DNA of 64,000 nucleotides from an uncultured virus (IMG/VR IMGVR_UViG_3300046471_000229) (taxonomy: Duplodnaviria; Heunggongvirae; Uroviricota; Caudoviricetes). The stretch lies in IMG/VR virus record IMGVR_UViG_3300046471_000229, one strand, 5' to 3'. The notes under the pieces are model-generated. The model was not told where the DNA came from. It saw only the letters and a list, made by a program, of their open reading frames with translations, and searched no databases. Positions 21,468 to 29,782 of the stretch are shown one piece after another. Every line of letters begins with the position of its first letter. The first letter of the stretch is position 1. A program made the translations under genes and the position numbers.

Positions 21468-22019
21468 TTGCTCTGGAACAAGAACGAATGTGGTGCGATC
21501 ATGCGCATCGTCGGCGGCCCGAGTCCCAACGCCAGCCGCGATACCCATTCCAAGGAGCCTTTGGTGTCAAACCAGTTCGTGTCTATCCCTAAACTGTCCC
21601 GTGTCTGCCTCAGGGGCCGCCGCATCATCGGCCTTATCGCTGCGCTCTCGGTATTATCCCTCACGGGCTGCGCCAGCATGGTCAACGGCAGCAAACAATC
21701 GCTGAAAATTGAGGCTGTTGACGCAACAACCAGGGCTCCTAAATCAGCCACCTGCAACGTATCTAAACCAGACCTGAGTATGGCCGTTAAGAGTTCAGAG
21801 GCATTTCAAGTCAAACGAAGCTCAAGATCCCTCTACATCACTTGCGAAGATGGCTCATCAATCGGCCATTTGCGGGAAAAAAGTGACTTTGCCCAGCGCT
21901 TTCTGTTCTTGGATCTCGCGACGGACTTATGCCTGGTGTCGTGCTTCATCGACGGCTACCACAAGGCCTGGTATGAATACCCAAGCACACTGGTTGTAGA
22001 AATGAAGCCGGCTTCATGA
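21468..22019 (+). CDS. lipoprotein (true start probably downstream)
   Basis: lipobox LTGC followed by ASMVNGSKQ. Confidence 0.6.
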   Translation: MLWNKNECGAIMRIVGGPSPNASRDTHSKEPLVSNQFVSIPKLSRVCLRGRRIIGLIAALSVLSLTGCASMVNGSKQSLKIEAVDATTRAPKSATCNVSKPDLSMAVKSSEAFQVKRSSRSLYITCEDGSSIGHLREKSDFAQRFLFLDLATDLCLVSCFIDGYHKAWYEYPSTLVVEMKPAS

Positions 22020-22038
22020 GCCAGCGAGGGCTGCCAGG

Positions 22039-22677
22039 TCATACAGGATCTGGCGCCTTAGCCTGTAATTGCTTGGCGAAGATTTCCCACTCTTTTTGAA
22101 TCTCGTCGTAAGGCATGAAAATGCTGACGCGTTGACTGTTGGCAATCTCAGGGTTGGGTGATTTCGAGAAGTACCGGTGAGGAAGGAAGGACGTCACAAT
22201 CCCAACGACTTTAGCGTCATCGGCAAACACCGGGCCTCCGGACATCCCTTTCACGAGGGGAAGGTCGGCGACGGAATATCGGACTCCGTCATTGACGTCG
22301 GAAAGCACAACCCGTGAAGCCAGCGCATGGCCAGTCCCCTTCACCGGGATAAAGAATGGGCTGAATCCTGCTGCAGTCAGCCGCTCGCCACCCGTGTACT
22401 GCCGCCACTGCGGCACCTTTTTAGACTTGTGCTTGAAGAAAACAAGATCACCCTTCCCTTCATGCGCGACGTGCCAGAGGAATGGGATGTGTTTTGCCGT
22501 CACGGCGTAGTCTTCGTTCCACTGGATTGCAGATCCTTGGAACATCAGCGGCAACGGCGGGCCGGAGTTGACTACGAAAAACTGACTCAAGACCGGATCC
22601 GTTACAAACGGCGTGGGAATCCCGTTGCACCCAGTCAGAAGAGCGCAGAGCGCCAGGCCAGCGGCCAAGGTTTTCAC
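22039..22677 (-). CDS. trypsin-like serine protease lipoprotein
   Basis: lipobox LTGC; TAKH, D and GMSGGP catalytic motifs. Confidence 0.8.
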   Translation of the reverse strand: MKTLAAGLALCALLTGCNGIPTPFVTDPVLSQFFVVNSGPPLPLMFQGSAIQWNEDYAVTAKHIPFLWHVAHEGKGDLVFFKHKSKKVPQWRQYTGGERLTAAGFSPFFIPVKGTGHALASRVVLSDVNDGVRYSVADLPLVKGMSGGPVFADDAKVVGIVTSFLPHRYFSKSPNPEIANSQRVSIFMPYDEIQKEWEIFAKQLQAKAPDPV

Positions 22678-22787
22678 AGAGGTGTTCCTTTTTTATTATT
22701 TTTTTTAGGACTGTACCCCCCGCTCAGTCGAGCGTCAATTGATGGCCTATGATGCATTCAGCTGCTTCCTACTGCCGCATTGGATCA

Positions 22788-23378
22788 TTATCCCAAGTCG
22801 AAAGTGGATTCGCTGATGGCGTTCGTTTTGTTGAAAAATGGCGTGGCCGCTGGAATTCCACTGGCCTCGAATAAATGCCAGGAACTGTCTACAGGCAGAA
22901 TGACCATGCACGGGTACTGCTGGAGTTCCTTGACGTAGAATCCCAAAGCTTCCTGTTCACCAGGTAGAAAATCTTCCAGCCTCCCGGACGCAATCCATTG
23001 ACGAATTAAATTTTCTGCATCAATGCCTGAAATCTGCTCAGGCTCGAACGCCTCGTTATATTCACGCTGGATCTCTACACGACTACGAACGCCACGCGCA
23101 TCATGGACATAGCCGGTCATAGAGCCCTCCAATTCGCAGAAGGCATGGTCAAGCGCCGCAACGGGTTCATCATCAGCATCGTAACCCGCCTCAAGGTCAA
23201 GCATGACGCCACACTGCAACCCGGTTTGCTCCCGGATAGCCAACGCCATCAGATGGCAACGACCGTGCAAATAGTCTTCTACGCGATATTCACCAAACAC
23301 CACAAAATCTTCGTGAACACTTAGATGCTCGCCGTCGTGGACGTACAAATGTTCTTTAATTGGCATCTCTTCCATCAC
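22788..23378 (-). CDS. papain/transglutaminase-like fold protein (putative Cys-His-Asp triad)
   Basis: GRCHLMALAI...DHAFC...VHDARG. Confidence 0.5.
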   Translation of the reverse strand: MMEEMPIKEHLYVHDGEHLSVHEDFVVFGEYRVEDYLHGRCHLMALAIREQTGLQCGVMLDLEAGYDADDEPVAALDHAFCELEGSMTGYVHDARGVRSRVEIQREYNEAFEPEQISGIDAENLIRQWIASGRLEDFLPGEQEALGFYVKELQQYPCMVILPVDSSWHLFEASGIPAATPFFNKTNAISESTFDLG

Positions 23379-23501
23379 CCCTTACACATCGATCTTCTCT
23401 TATCTTGGCTGGTACCTGACGGTAAATTCAACGCATAGCGCTTGGCTTATTTGAGCCATACGAGAAATTTCGGGATGGTGAGTAGAGCTAGCCTCGGCGA
23501 C

Positions 23502-23900
23502 CTAGTGCTGCGTATTCACATCAATCATCACACCCGTATACCGTAAAACCACATCATCCTTACCCAAGGCGATGACGATGATGGCTTCAGGATTCCACAA
23601 CTGATCATTGGTAAAGGCTTGAACGTCCGCATGGCTGATATTACCGATGATCGCGCCAGGCCCAGCCTCAATCATGAATTCTTTAGGTGTTCCAAGTACC
23701 TCGCGGTTCAGTAGGCGCTGGCGAACCTCCCGGCCAACGGCCCAAACCACCTGATGGGCTTCCGATGTCTTGGTGTAATGCCGGAGCGCTTCAAACGTGG
23801 TGTCGTTCAACAGCATCGGCGCACTACGCAAGAAGCACCCATCGGTAAGGGAATTAATCCCCTTTTCCAGCAACTCATCCAAGATCATCTCATGCTCCAA
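23502..23900 (-). CDS. hypothetical protein
   Basis: 132-aa ORF. Confidence 0.5.
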   Translation of the reverse strand: MEHEMILDELLEKGINSLTDGCFLRSAPMLLNDTTFEALRHYTKTSEAHQVVWAVGREVRQRLLNREVLGTPKEFMIEAGPGAIIGNISHADVQAFTNDQLWNPEAIIVIALGKDDVVLRYTGVMIDVNTQH

Positions 23901-23936
23901 ACGACCAGAATTTTACTGTACTGAGGTTGTCAATTT

Positions 23937-24380
23937 TTGACAATTGTCCGCTTCTTCGATAGATTCCAGAGATTCTCTCATGAGTTATCCAGCATGTTCG
24001 TCCTCATCCTCAAACGTTACCTGACATTCCTGATTGGCTATGTCTTCACCGCAGCTGCTCTATGGATCCTCGCCATCTGGTTTACGGATGGAGTGTTGCC
24101 GGTGTTGGCCTTTTTGGCGGTGATCTTCGCCATCATTTTCACTGTCCCGTACAAAATGTACACGGACTACACCGACATCAAAAATCAGACCATCGAACTC
24201 CTGGCGATCAGTCGAGGTCAGGGTGACGCGACACCGTATTTGGACAACCTCAAAGAGATGGTTGCCGAGAAAACAGGCATCCCAGCCCCTCTGGTGAGTT
24301 TCCTCGCGAACCGCTCGAAACAATTCGTCAGCGTTGTCCTCGACAAATCGAAAGCCAAAGCGCTAAGCCAACAGGCCTGA
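23937..24380 (+). CDS. membrane protein
   Basis: two TM helices. Confidence 0.55.
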   Translation: MTIVRFFDRFQRFSHELSSMFVLILKRYLTFLIGYVFTAAALWILAIWFTDGVLPVLAFLAVIFAIIFTVPYKMYTDYTDIKNQTIELLAISRGQGDATPYLDNLKEMVAEKTGIPAPLVSFLANRSKQFVSVVLDKSKAKALSQQA

Positions 24381-24506
24381 TCGCGTAACCTTGTAATGGT
24401 AGATGCTTCAGGATGACGAAGGAAGAGAAGGAATTTGCAGAAGGCATGGTTCGGGTCGAGAAGTACCATGCCTCGACCAGAGAACAATGGGCCAAAGTCC
24501 TGAAAG

Positions 24507-24887
24507 ATGCATCAGAGGCGAATCTTACCTTTGCCGGGCCCTTGGCCGGCAACACGCCTAAGCAGAAAAGCCCTCCCAAAGATGCCTAGAAAGCTCACTA
24601 TTTCCAGCCCAACGAATGCACCCCAAAAGCCTCAAGGGCTTGGACTTCAAATGCCTACATCGAAACGGAAAAAAGGCTATTACCATGCGCTTGCGGCTGG
24701 TGCCTCAGATGCTGACATAATCCTCTACTACGACGGCGAGCATTTGTTGGCTCATGGCAGCGCAGAGGCGGTAGCCCCAGGTCTGCTTGTTTTCATCCGC
24801 GAGGAGCCGATCAGCTTTCACAGGCCGGATGGCAGCTATGATGCACCGTTCATTGATGTCGACCAATGGTTGACTCAGGAATCATAA
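24507..24887 (+). CDS. hypothetical protein (start probably near 24651)
   Basis: ORF with a plausible C-terminal domain. Confidence 0.4.
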   Translation: MHQRRILPLPGPWPATRLSRKALPKMPRKLTISSPTNAPQKPQGLGLQMPTSKRKKGYYHALAAGASDADIILYYDGEHLLAHGSAEAVAPGLLVFIREEPISFHRPDGSYDAPFIDVDQWLTQES

Positions 24888-25024
24888 CTACCAACGGGGA
24901 TTTATTTCCATGCTGGCGGCTTGAACAAGAGCCACCAGAATCACACCGAGTTTACCGCAGCCCAGCCAGAAAGCACCGCTTTGAATGGGCCACATGGTAT
25001 GCCATCGCTAAACGGGAGGCTTTG

Positions 25025-25375
25025 TCAGGGGAAAATTCCATAGTTAGCGAGATAGGTCAAAATGATAGTCAGATTCTTAGGCCCCATACCTCGAAGGTCA
25101 CTCAGTTCCTTTCTGCTCATGGATCGCAACTGGCCAAAGGTCTGAATATCATTGCTACGAAGTACGTTGGCAGCTAGATAAAGGTCTGAATCGTAGAGAT
25201 TAAAATCATCGGGCGGCTGCGTGTTGTTAAGCGTATTTGCCTGGAGCTCTAGTGCTGACAATATTTCCCTGGCAGCCTGTGCGGATTCGCACTCGACCAA
25301 CGCCTTTGTGCCCTTTCCGTCGTGCTTGGTAATGACGAAGCGAGTAACTTCGCGAATTCGGAATTCTGGTTTCAT
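25025..25375 (-). CDS. protein with an RNA polymerase alpha-CTD-like domain
   Basis: AANVLRSNDIQTFGQLRSMSRKELSDLRGMGPKNLTII matches the alpha-CTD helix-hairpin pattern. Confidence 0.7.
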   Translation of the reverse strand: MKPEFRIREVTRFVITKHDGKGTKALVECESAQAAREILSALELQANTLNNTQPPDDFNLYDSDLYLAANVLRSNDIQTFGQLRSMSRKELSDLRGMGPKNLTIILTYLANYGIFP

Positions 25376-25760
25376 GGTGCTTCTCCGGCCTGCGCACAGG
25401 CTGAGTGAATTAAGAAAGTTACCTTGATAGCAATGACATCATAATGAGATCAGACCTGAAGCGCAATAACTCCGGGTGTTTATAGGTTGCAGGTCTTGGC
25501 CAGTAGAGCTGGTGTGACTTCTTGAGCAGCGAACTCGCGGGCAAGACGGCGGTTGGTCTCAGCCATACGGTCACGCGCAGCCTTCAGGCTCTCTTCATGA
25601 GTCCCGTTTCGGGTGCGGGCTTCTTCGATCATGCGTTCCAGAGTCAAAGCTCCAACTCCCTAGGATATAGGTTCCACAGTACAACAATGATTCGCAATCT
25701 ACGAGCTGTAGCTTTACTCACCTTTCACATTACAAAGCCAGACCTTCAGAAATCTAGCGC

Positions 25761-26225
25761 TTAACATGGTGGGTAATCGGGACGTTCGTAAGTATTCACG
25801 CCTGAGGCTCTTAGCCGCTCCATGTGCGCCGGAAAGTCGTTTCGCGGGTAGATCATCACCATTTGATCTATCCCCAGGTCTTTCTCTACTTCGTAATTAT
25901 GGCGGCTTACGTGCTTCATGCCTTTGCTGAGCCACTTGTACATCTCTTTACTAGCGCAAATGGCACGAGAGTAGCCCCACGATCTGCGGCATTGTAAATC
26001 GAGCTTGCCTTGCTTCCAGTTAAGGCGACGGCCAACCCCGTTATAGCGCACCATCACATCCAGGTCGCTGGGTTCTTGAGACCCCTTAACGGTCGAACCG
26101 AAAATCCAAACCTGATAAATCCTGACGGCTTCGAAATCACAAAGCGGTGTTGCCAGCAAACCATTAACTGCCTTGCAGCGTTCAGCAATCCGTTGCGCAT
26201 AGCGCTCAGCCAAATCTATTTTCAT
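25761..26225 (-). CDS. minimal nucleotidyltransferase (Pol-beta superfamily)
   Basis: WIFGSTVKG...SDLDV. Confidence 0.7.
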   Translation of the reverse strand: MKIDLAERYAQRIAERCKAVNGLLATPLCDFEAVRIYQVWIFGSTVKGSQEPSDLDVMVRYNGVGRRLNWKQGKLDLQCRRSWGYSRAICASKEMYKWLSKGMKHVSRHNYEVEKDLGIDQMVMIYPRNDFPAHMERLRASGVNTYERPDYPPC

Positions 26226-26295
26226 CTGAGGGTTACCGGAAAATTCGTATGCCCATGATCATAGTGTTGAATTGACAAAATGCCAAACAGCTCCT

Positions 26296-26733
26296 TCAGC
26301 CGTGAATGGACATCACCACGTCAGGATCAGCCGTTTTGGCAAGCCCAGGGCCCACAAGCACATAAACGGTGTTCACCGTTTCAAATAGCCCACTATGGGT
26401 AAAGGAGACCTGAAGCGTGCTGCGTACCCACTGACCACGGTAAAAGCGCCCAGCGCTGTCCTGAAGCACGTTGTGGGCATAAACCAGGTACGGCTCGCTG
26501 CCTATGCGTTGGATTGCCTTCAAAGAACGCTCATCGGCGTCCATCTTGATCAGCATCCAGTTTGAGACCAGGCAGTACGGTTTATTCGGAAAGTGACTCT
26601 TCACAAATGCAATGGCCTCCCCTTCGGTCATGTCTAAACCCATGAGCGATTCACCCGGAGTATTCAGGAAGCCTGAGACTGTGACTAGGTAGCTGTCTAC
26701 TGACTGCGGGAAAGTCGGCTCTTTTACGTTCAT
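26296..26733 (-). CDS. conserved hypothetical protein, related to 62584..63024
   Basis: DSAGRF..G.WVRST...FETVNTVYVLVG; likely start Met at 26733. Confidence 0.6.
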   Translation of the reverse strand: MNVKEPTFPQSVDSYLVTVSGFLNTPGESLMGLDMTEGEAIAFVKSHFPNKPYCLVSNWMLIKMDADERSLKAIQRIGSEPYLVYAHNVLQDSAGRFYRGQWVRSTLQVSFTHSGLFETVNTVYVLVGPGLAKTADPDVVMSIHG

Positions 26734-26843
26734 AGGGCTTATCCAATCTTTACGGTCTGTGGAGAATGCGGTGACTTGGTGGTTGTCACCTTCCGCCGCT
26801 TTGCAATCATATGGCATGAATTGCCGGCATCACAACTCGGTTG

Positions 26844-29639
26844 TCAGCCTTCGTGGTAAAACCCAAAACTCTCATCTCGATGGATTACCCGGTCTACCTG
26901 ATCAGGCTGGTAGTTGGCCAACTCGAAGACCATCGCCTCGTCCGGCTGGATGCCCAGCTCGATGCTCTTCTCCACCAGATACTCATCTGGCCAGACCAGC
27001 CAGGCGTTGGAAGCCGGCGCTGTCCTTCGGTAAGCCCGACGCTCCCAGGAGGATTTGTCAGTCGAGTTAACGACTTTCTGCAACACGAACTCACCGCAGT
27101 CCTGATCAACTGCAATCCGGTACCGATCCGTCGACGTTGACCCGCGCAACGGGTACCGCTCGTAGAAAGCTTGGGTCATCCAAGCCGCTTCGCACCCTTC
27201 CCGCCTGAGGATGATGTCCATACCCTCCTCAAGGCGCTTGCTGATGATTCTGTCCTCGTCCTTGGCAATCTGCCGCCCACTGAGTCGGAATGACGCGTCA
27301 ATGCGCTCCAGCGGTGTCTCAGCCCCGCCCACGTGAAGCATCTCACTGATCTTTGTTGAACTGTACCGGCAGGCCCTGACTTCGAATCCTGGTTTAACAA
27401 AACATGGTTGGCTGCCAAGCCCCTTACGCTGGCTCCCCTTCAGCGACCGTAGGTTGCAATCTAGGATCACCACGTTTGGCTTATCCACTTCCACCAGGCG
27501 ATGCCGGTTCACCCGCCCACTGGTTTGCACGATGGACTGAGCGCTCGACGGTTCGATGACAGCCCAGTCAAAGTCATGATCGCGCCCCACTTCTTCCACC
27601 GGCGTTGCGATGACAATCATTGGGACAGAGCCAGCCCCTGTCGGGAAAGCAGCGAGCAGCTCTGGATCTGACCCTAGCCTCTCATGGTGACCGCTTTTAC
27701 GGTTAAGCAGGTAGTCGAGCCTTTGTTCCTTCAGGTGCCGCTGAATGCGCAGCTCATTCGAGTGGTAACACGCGATCTTGGGCCCGGTGTCGCCGAATTG
27801 CTCACTTAGGTACCTGGCCACTTTAATGGCGGTCGAGATGTTGGCCACCCTAATCAGACCGAATGACAGGTGTTTGCCCGGCGCCAGCTCCCATTGGTGG
27901 TCGGCATGCAACTGCAGAACCGAATTCCGGATAATTTCGAGATAGGCCTGATCACTGTTCCCCGCCACCTTGGCGATCCTCGGCTGGCGATACACCGCCT
28001 TCTGCTGAAGGGAGTCGATCATTTCCGCGTAGCGGGCTGCGACAAAGGCACCGAACTCGCCGGCACCGTCGTGGAACCCAGCTGGCGGCAACAAATCATC
28101 GATCATGACCACAACCGGCCTCGTTGAGCCAGGCTCTACGGCCCCCCGCATCCGGGCACCACTCAGAAACGCTTCATGTACCGCAACCGCCACCGGTACC
28201 GATAACGTCGCCGACGAGCAAATCACATTCCGCCCGAGCATGGCACTCAGCTGTATCAGCCGCAGCACTGCGACCATCGCTTGGGGGTCGTAACTGTCTA
28301 TCTCGTCAAGTATGAGATCGCTGTTCATGACACGGAGCAGCGCCAGCGCATGGTGCCCCTGGCGGCCCGGCTCACTGGCGTTGATGATGAAGTCGATGGT
28401 CGACACAAGAACGGGTGGCATCAGCAGCTGGGGGGCCTTCTGGCTCCTTGCGAGAGGCTGAAGCCAAGTCGGAATCACGAAGTCATCACAGCTGACCTCG
28501 ATTTCTGTTTGATCACCGGCGTTACCATTCATTGAGAAGGCGTCCGAACTCGCCCTATGCATCTGCTCTGTGATGCGGTCACCGATCACGACCGCTATTT
28601 CGTCTGATCTGATTTGCAGGTCGATGCGAAGACTATCGCCGGTTTGGAGTGTCAGAGAGCGAAGGTTGAGAGCAACACAGAACCGAGGGTTTGCAGAAAG
28701 CGCACACGCTATTTTCGCATTGCCTCTGGTCTTTCCCGCCCCGGTGCCGGCGCCGCAGAAAACGAGTGCTGGAGCACAATTATTTTCTCTCACCGCCTTC
28801 AGGTAGGCCACTGCCTGATCTTGCCAATCGAAACGTGGATGCGTTGCCGGCGCCATGATCGAGGCAATCGTGGCCGGGCTCAACCCTGGGTACTCTTGCC
28901 TGCCCATTTCCATAGCAATGTCACCCGCCAGGTCGCCAACACTTCGCAAATGCCAATCGAGGGGCTGGTCATATCGACGCTGCCCGCTGGAAGTGTCCTT
29001 AGTATTTGCGAAAAGGCATGACGCCGCAGGCTGGCCGTGCAGCGCTTGATAATCCACTGAAGAAATGAAGTGGTCGGCCAGGATCAGGGCTGCTCGAGAA
29101 AATACGGCTATCAACTCCCAGTGTTCTGCTCCGTAAGCTTCGGGAATCCTGGTAAGAAGCCTCGAAGCGTCTGCGTAGAGGCCGCCATCGATATTTCCGG
29201 CAGACCTCACGCCACTAACTGGGATGTGTCCTTGTATGTGGGCCGCACCACTCAGAGCAATATCGCGCCCACCGAGGAGCTTATGGTGACTGACGAGCAG
29301 GTACTCGAGCACCCTGTCACGATCTACCAAACCTTTCTTCAGCGACTCGCAGTCATTGATCAACGACTGAGTGCTGGCGCCAACCCACGCAGCTTCAAAT
29401 CCGTGCACTCTCGCCGCCTTAAGCAGCGCGTACGAAAGCCATTCATGGCGAACCGGTTCGACCCGTCGCTCCCGGCCTTGTACGGAGTCTTCAAGCTTCA
29501 GGAAGAAATCTAGGCTGCTCTTGCCCCAATCATGGAGATAACCAGCCGCACGGGCCAGAAGGCAGGCTTGATCGAGCCATGTTGTGAGGCTAGTTTCACG
29601 CTGGATGGAGCTCGAAATGGGGACGAGAAGTGAGGTCAC
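26844..29639 (-). CDS. cas3: type I-F Cas3 HD nuclease/SF2 helicase lacking the N-terminal Cas2 domain
   Basis: HD motifs LHDWGK, RHE, SHH, ADH; Walker A GTGAGKT; ALNLRSLTLQTG; DEID; SAT; EVGRDHDFDWAV; QTSGRVNRH. Confidence 0.95.
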   Translation of the reverse strand: MTSLLVPISSSIQRETSLTTWLDQACLLARAAGYLHDWGKSSLDFFLKLEDSVQGRERRVEPVRHEWLSYALLKAARVHGFEAAWVGASTQSLINDCESLKKGLVDRDRVLEYLLVSHHKLLGGRDIALSGAAHIQGHIPVSGVRSAGNIDGGLYADASRLLTRIPEAYGAEHWELIAVFSRAALILADHFISSVDYQALHGQPAASCLFANTKDTSSGQRRYDQPLDWHLRSVGDLAGDIAMEMGRQEYPGLSPATIASIMAPATHPRFDWQDQAVAYLKAVRENNCAPALVFCGAGTGAGKTRGNAKIACALSANPRFCVALNLRSLTLQTGDSLRIDLQIRSDEIAVVIGDRITEQMHRASSDAFSMNGNAGDQTEIEVSCDDFVIPTWLQPLARSQKAPQLLMPPVLVSTIDFIINASEPGRQGHHALALLRVMNSDLILDEIDSYDPQAMVAVLRLIQLSAMLGRNVICSSATLSVPVAVAVHEAFLSGARMRGAVEPGSTRPVVVMIDDLLPPAGFHDGAGEFGAFVAARYAEMIDSLQQKAVYRQPRIAKVAGNSDQAYLEIIRNSVLQLHADHQWELAPGKHLSFGLIRVANISTAIKVARYLSEQFGDTGPKIACYHSNELRIQRHLKEQRLDYLLNRKSGHHERLGSDPELLAAFPTGAGSVPMIVIATPVEEVGRDHDFDWAVIEPSSAQSIVQTSGRVNRHRLVEVDKPNVVILDCNLRSLKGSQRKGLGSQPCFVKPGFEVRACRYSSTKISEMLHVGGAETPLERIDASFRLSGRQIAKDEDRIISKRLEEGMDIILRREGCEAAWMTQAFYERYPLRGSTSTDRYRIAVDQDCGEFVLQKVVNSTDKSSWERRAYRRTAPASNAWLVWPDEYLVEKSIELGIQPDEAMVFELANYQPDQVDRVIHRDESFGFYHEG

Positions 29640-29662
29640 TGAGCACCAACATATCGCATGTA

Positions 29663-29691
29663 TTGACGGAGGCCGGCATAGTACATATATT
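29663..29691 (+). promoter_or_regulatory. putative sigma70 promoter of the CRISPR array
   Basis: TTGACG-N17-TATATT followed by CCGCCCCCATC. Confidence 0.7.
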
Positions 29692-29782
29692 CCGCCCCCA
29701 TCTGAAGCCCTGGGTCTTTCTGCTGGTCAGGGAAATCCCTCTCACGCCGGGCACGTTCTTTAACATTCTCCTTTCCCCGTTT

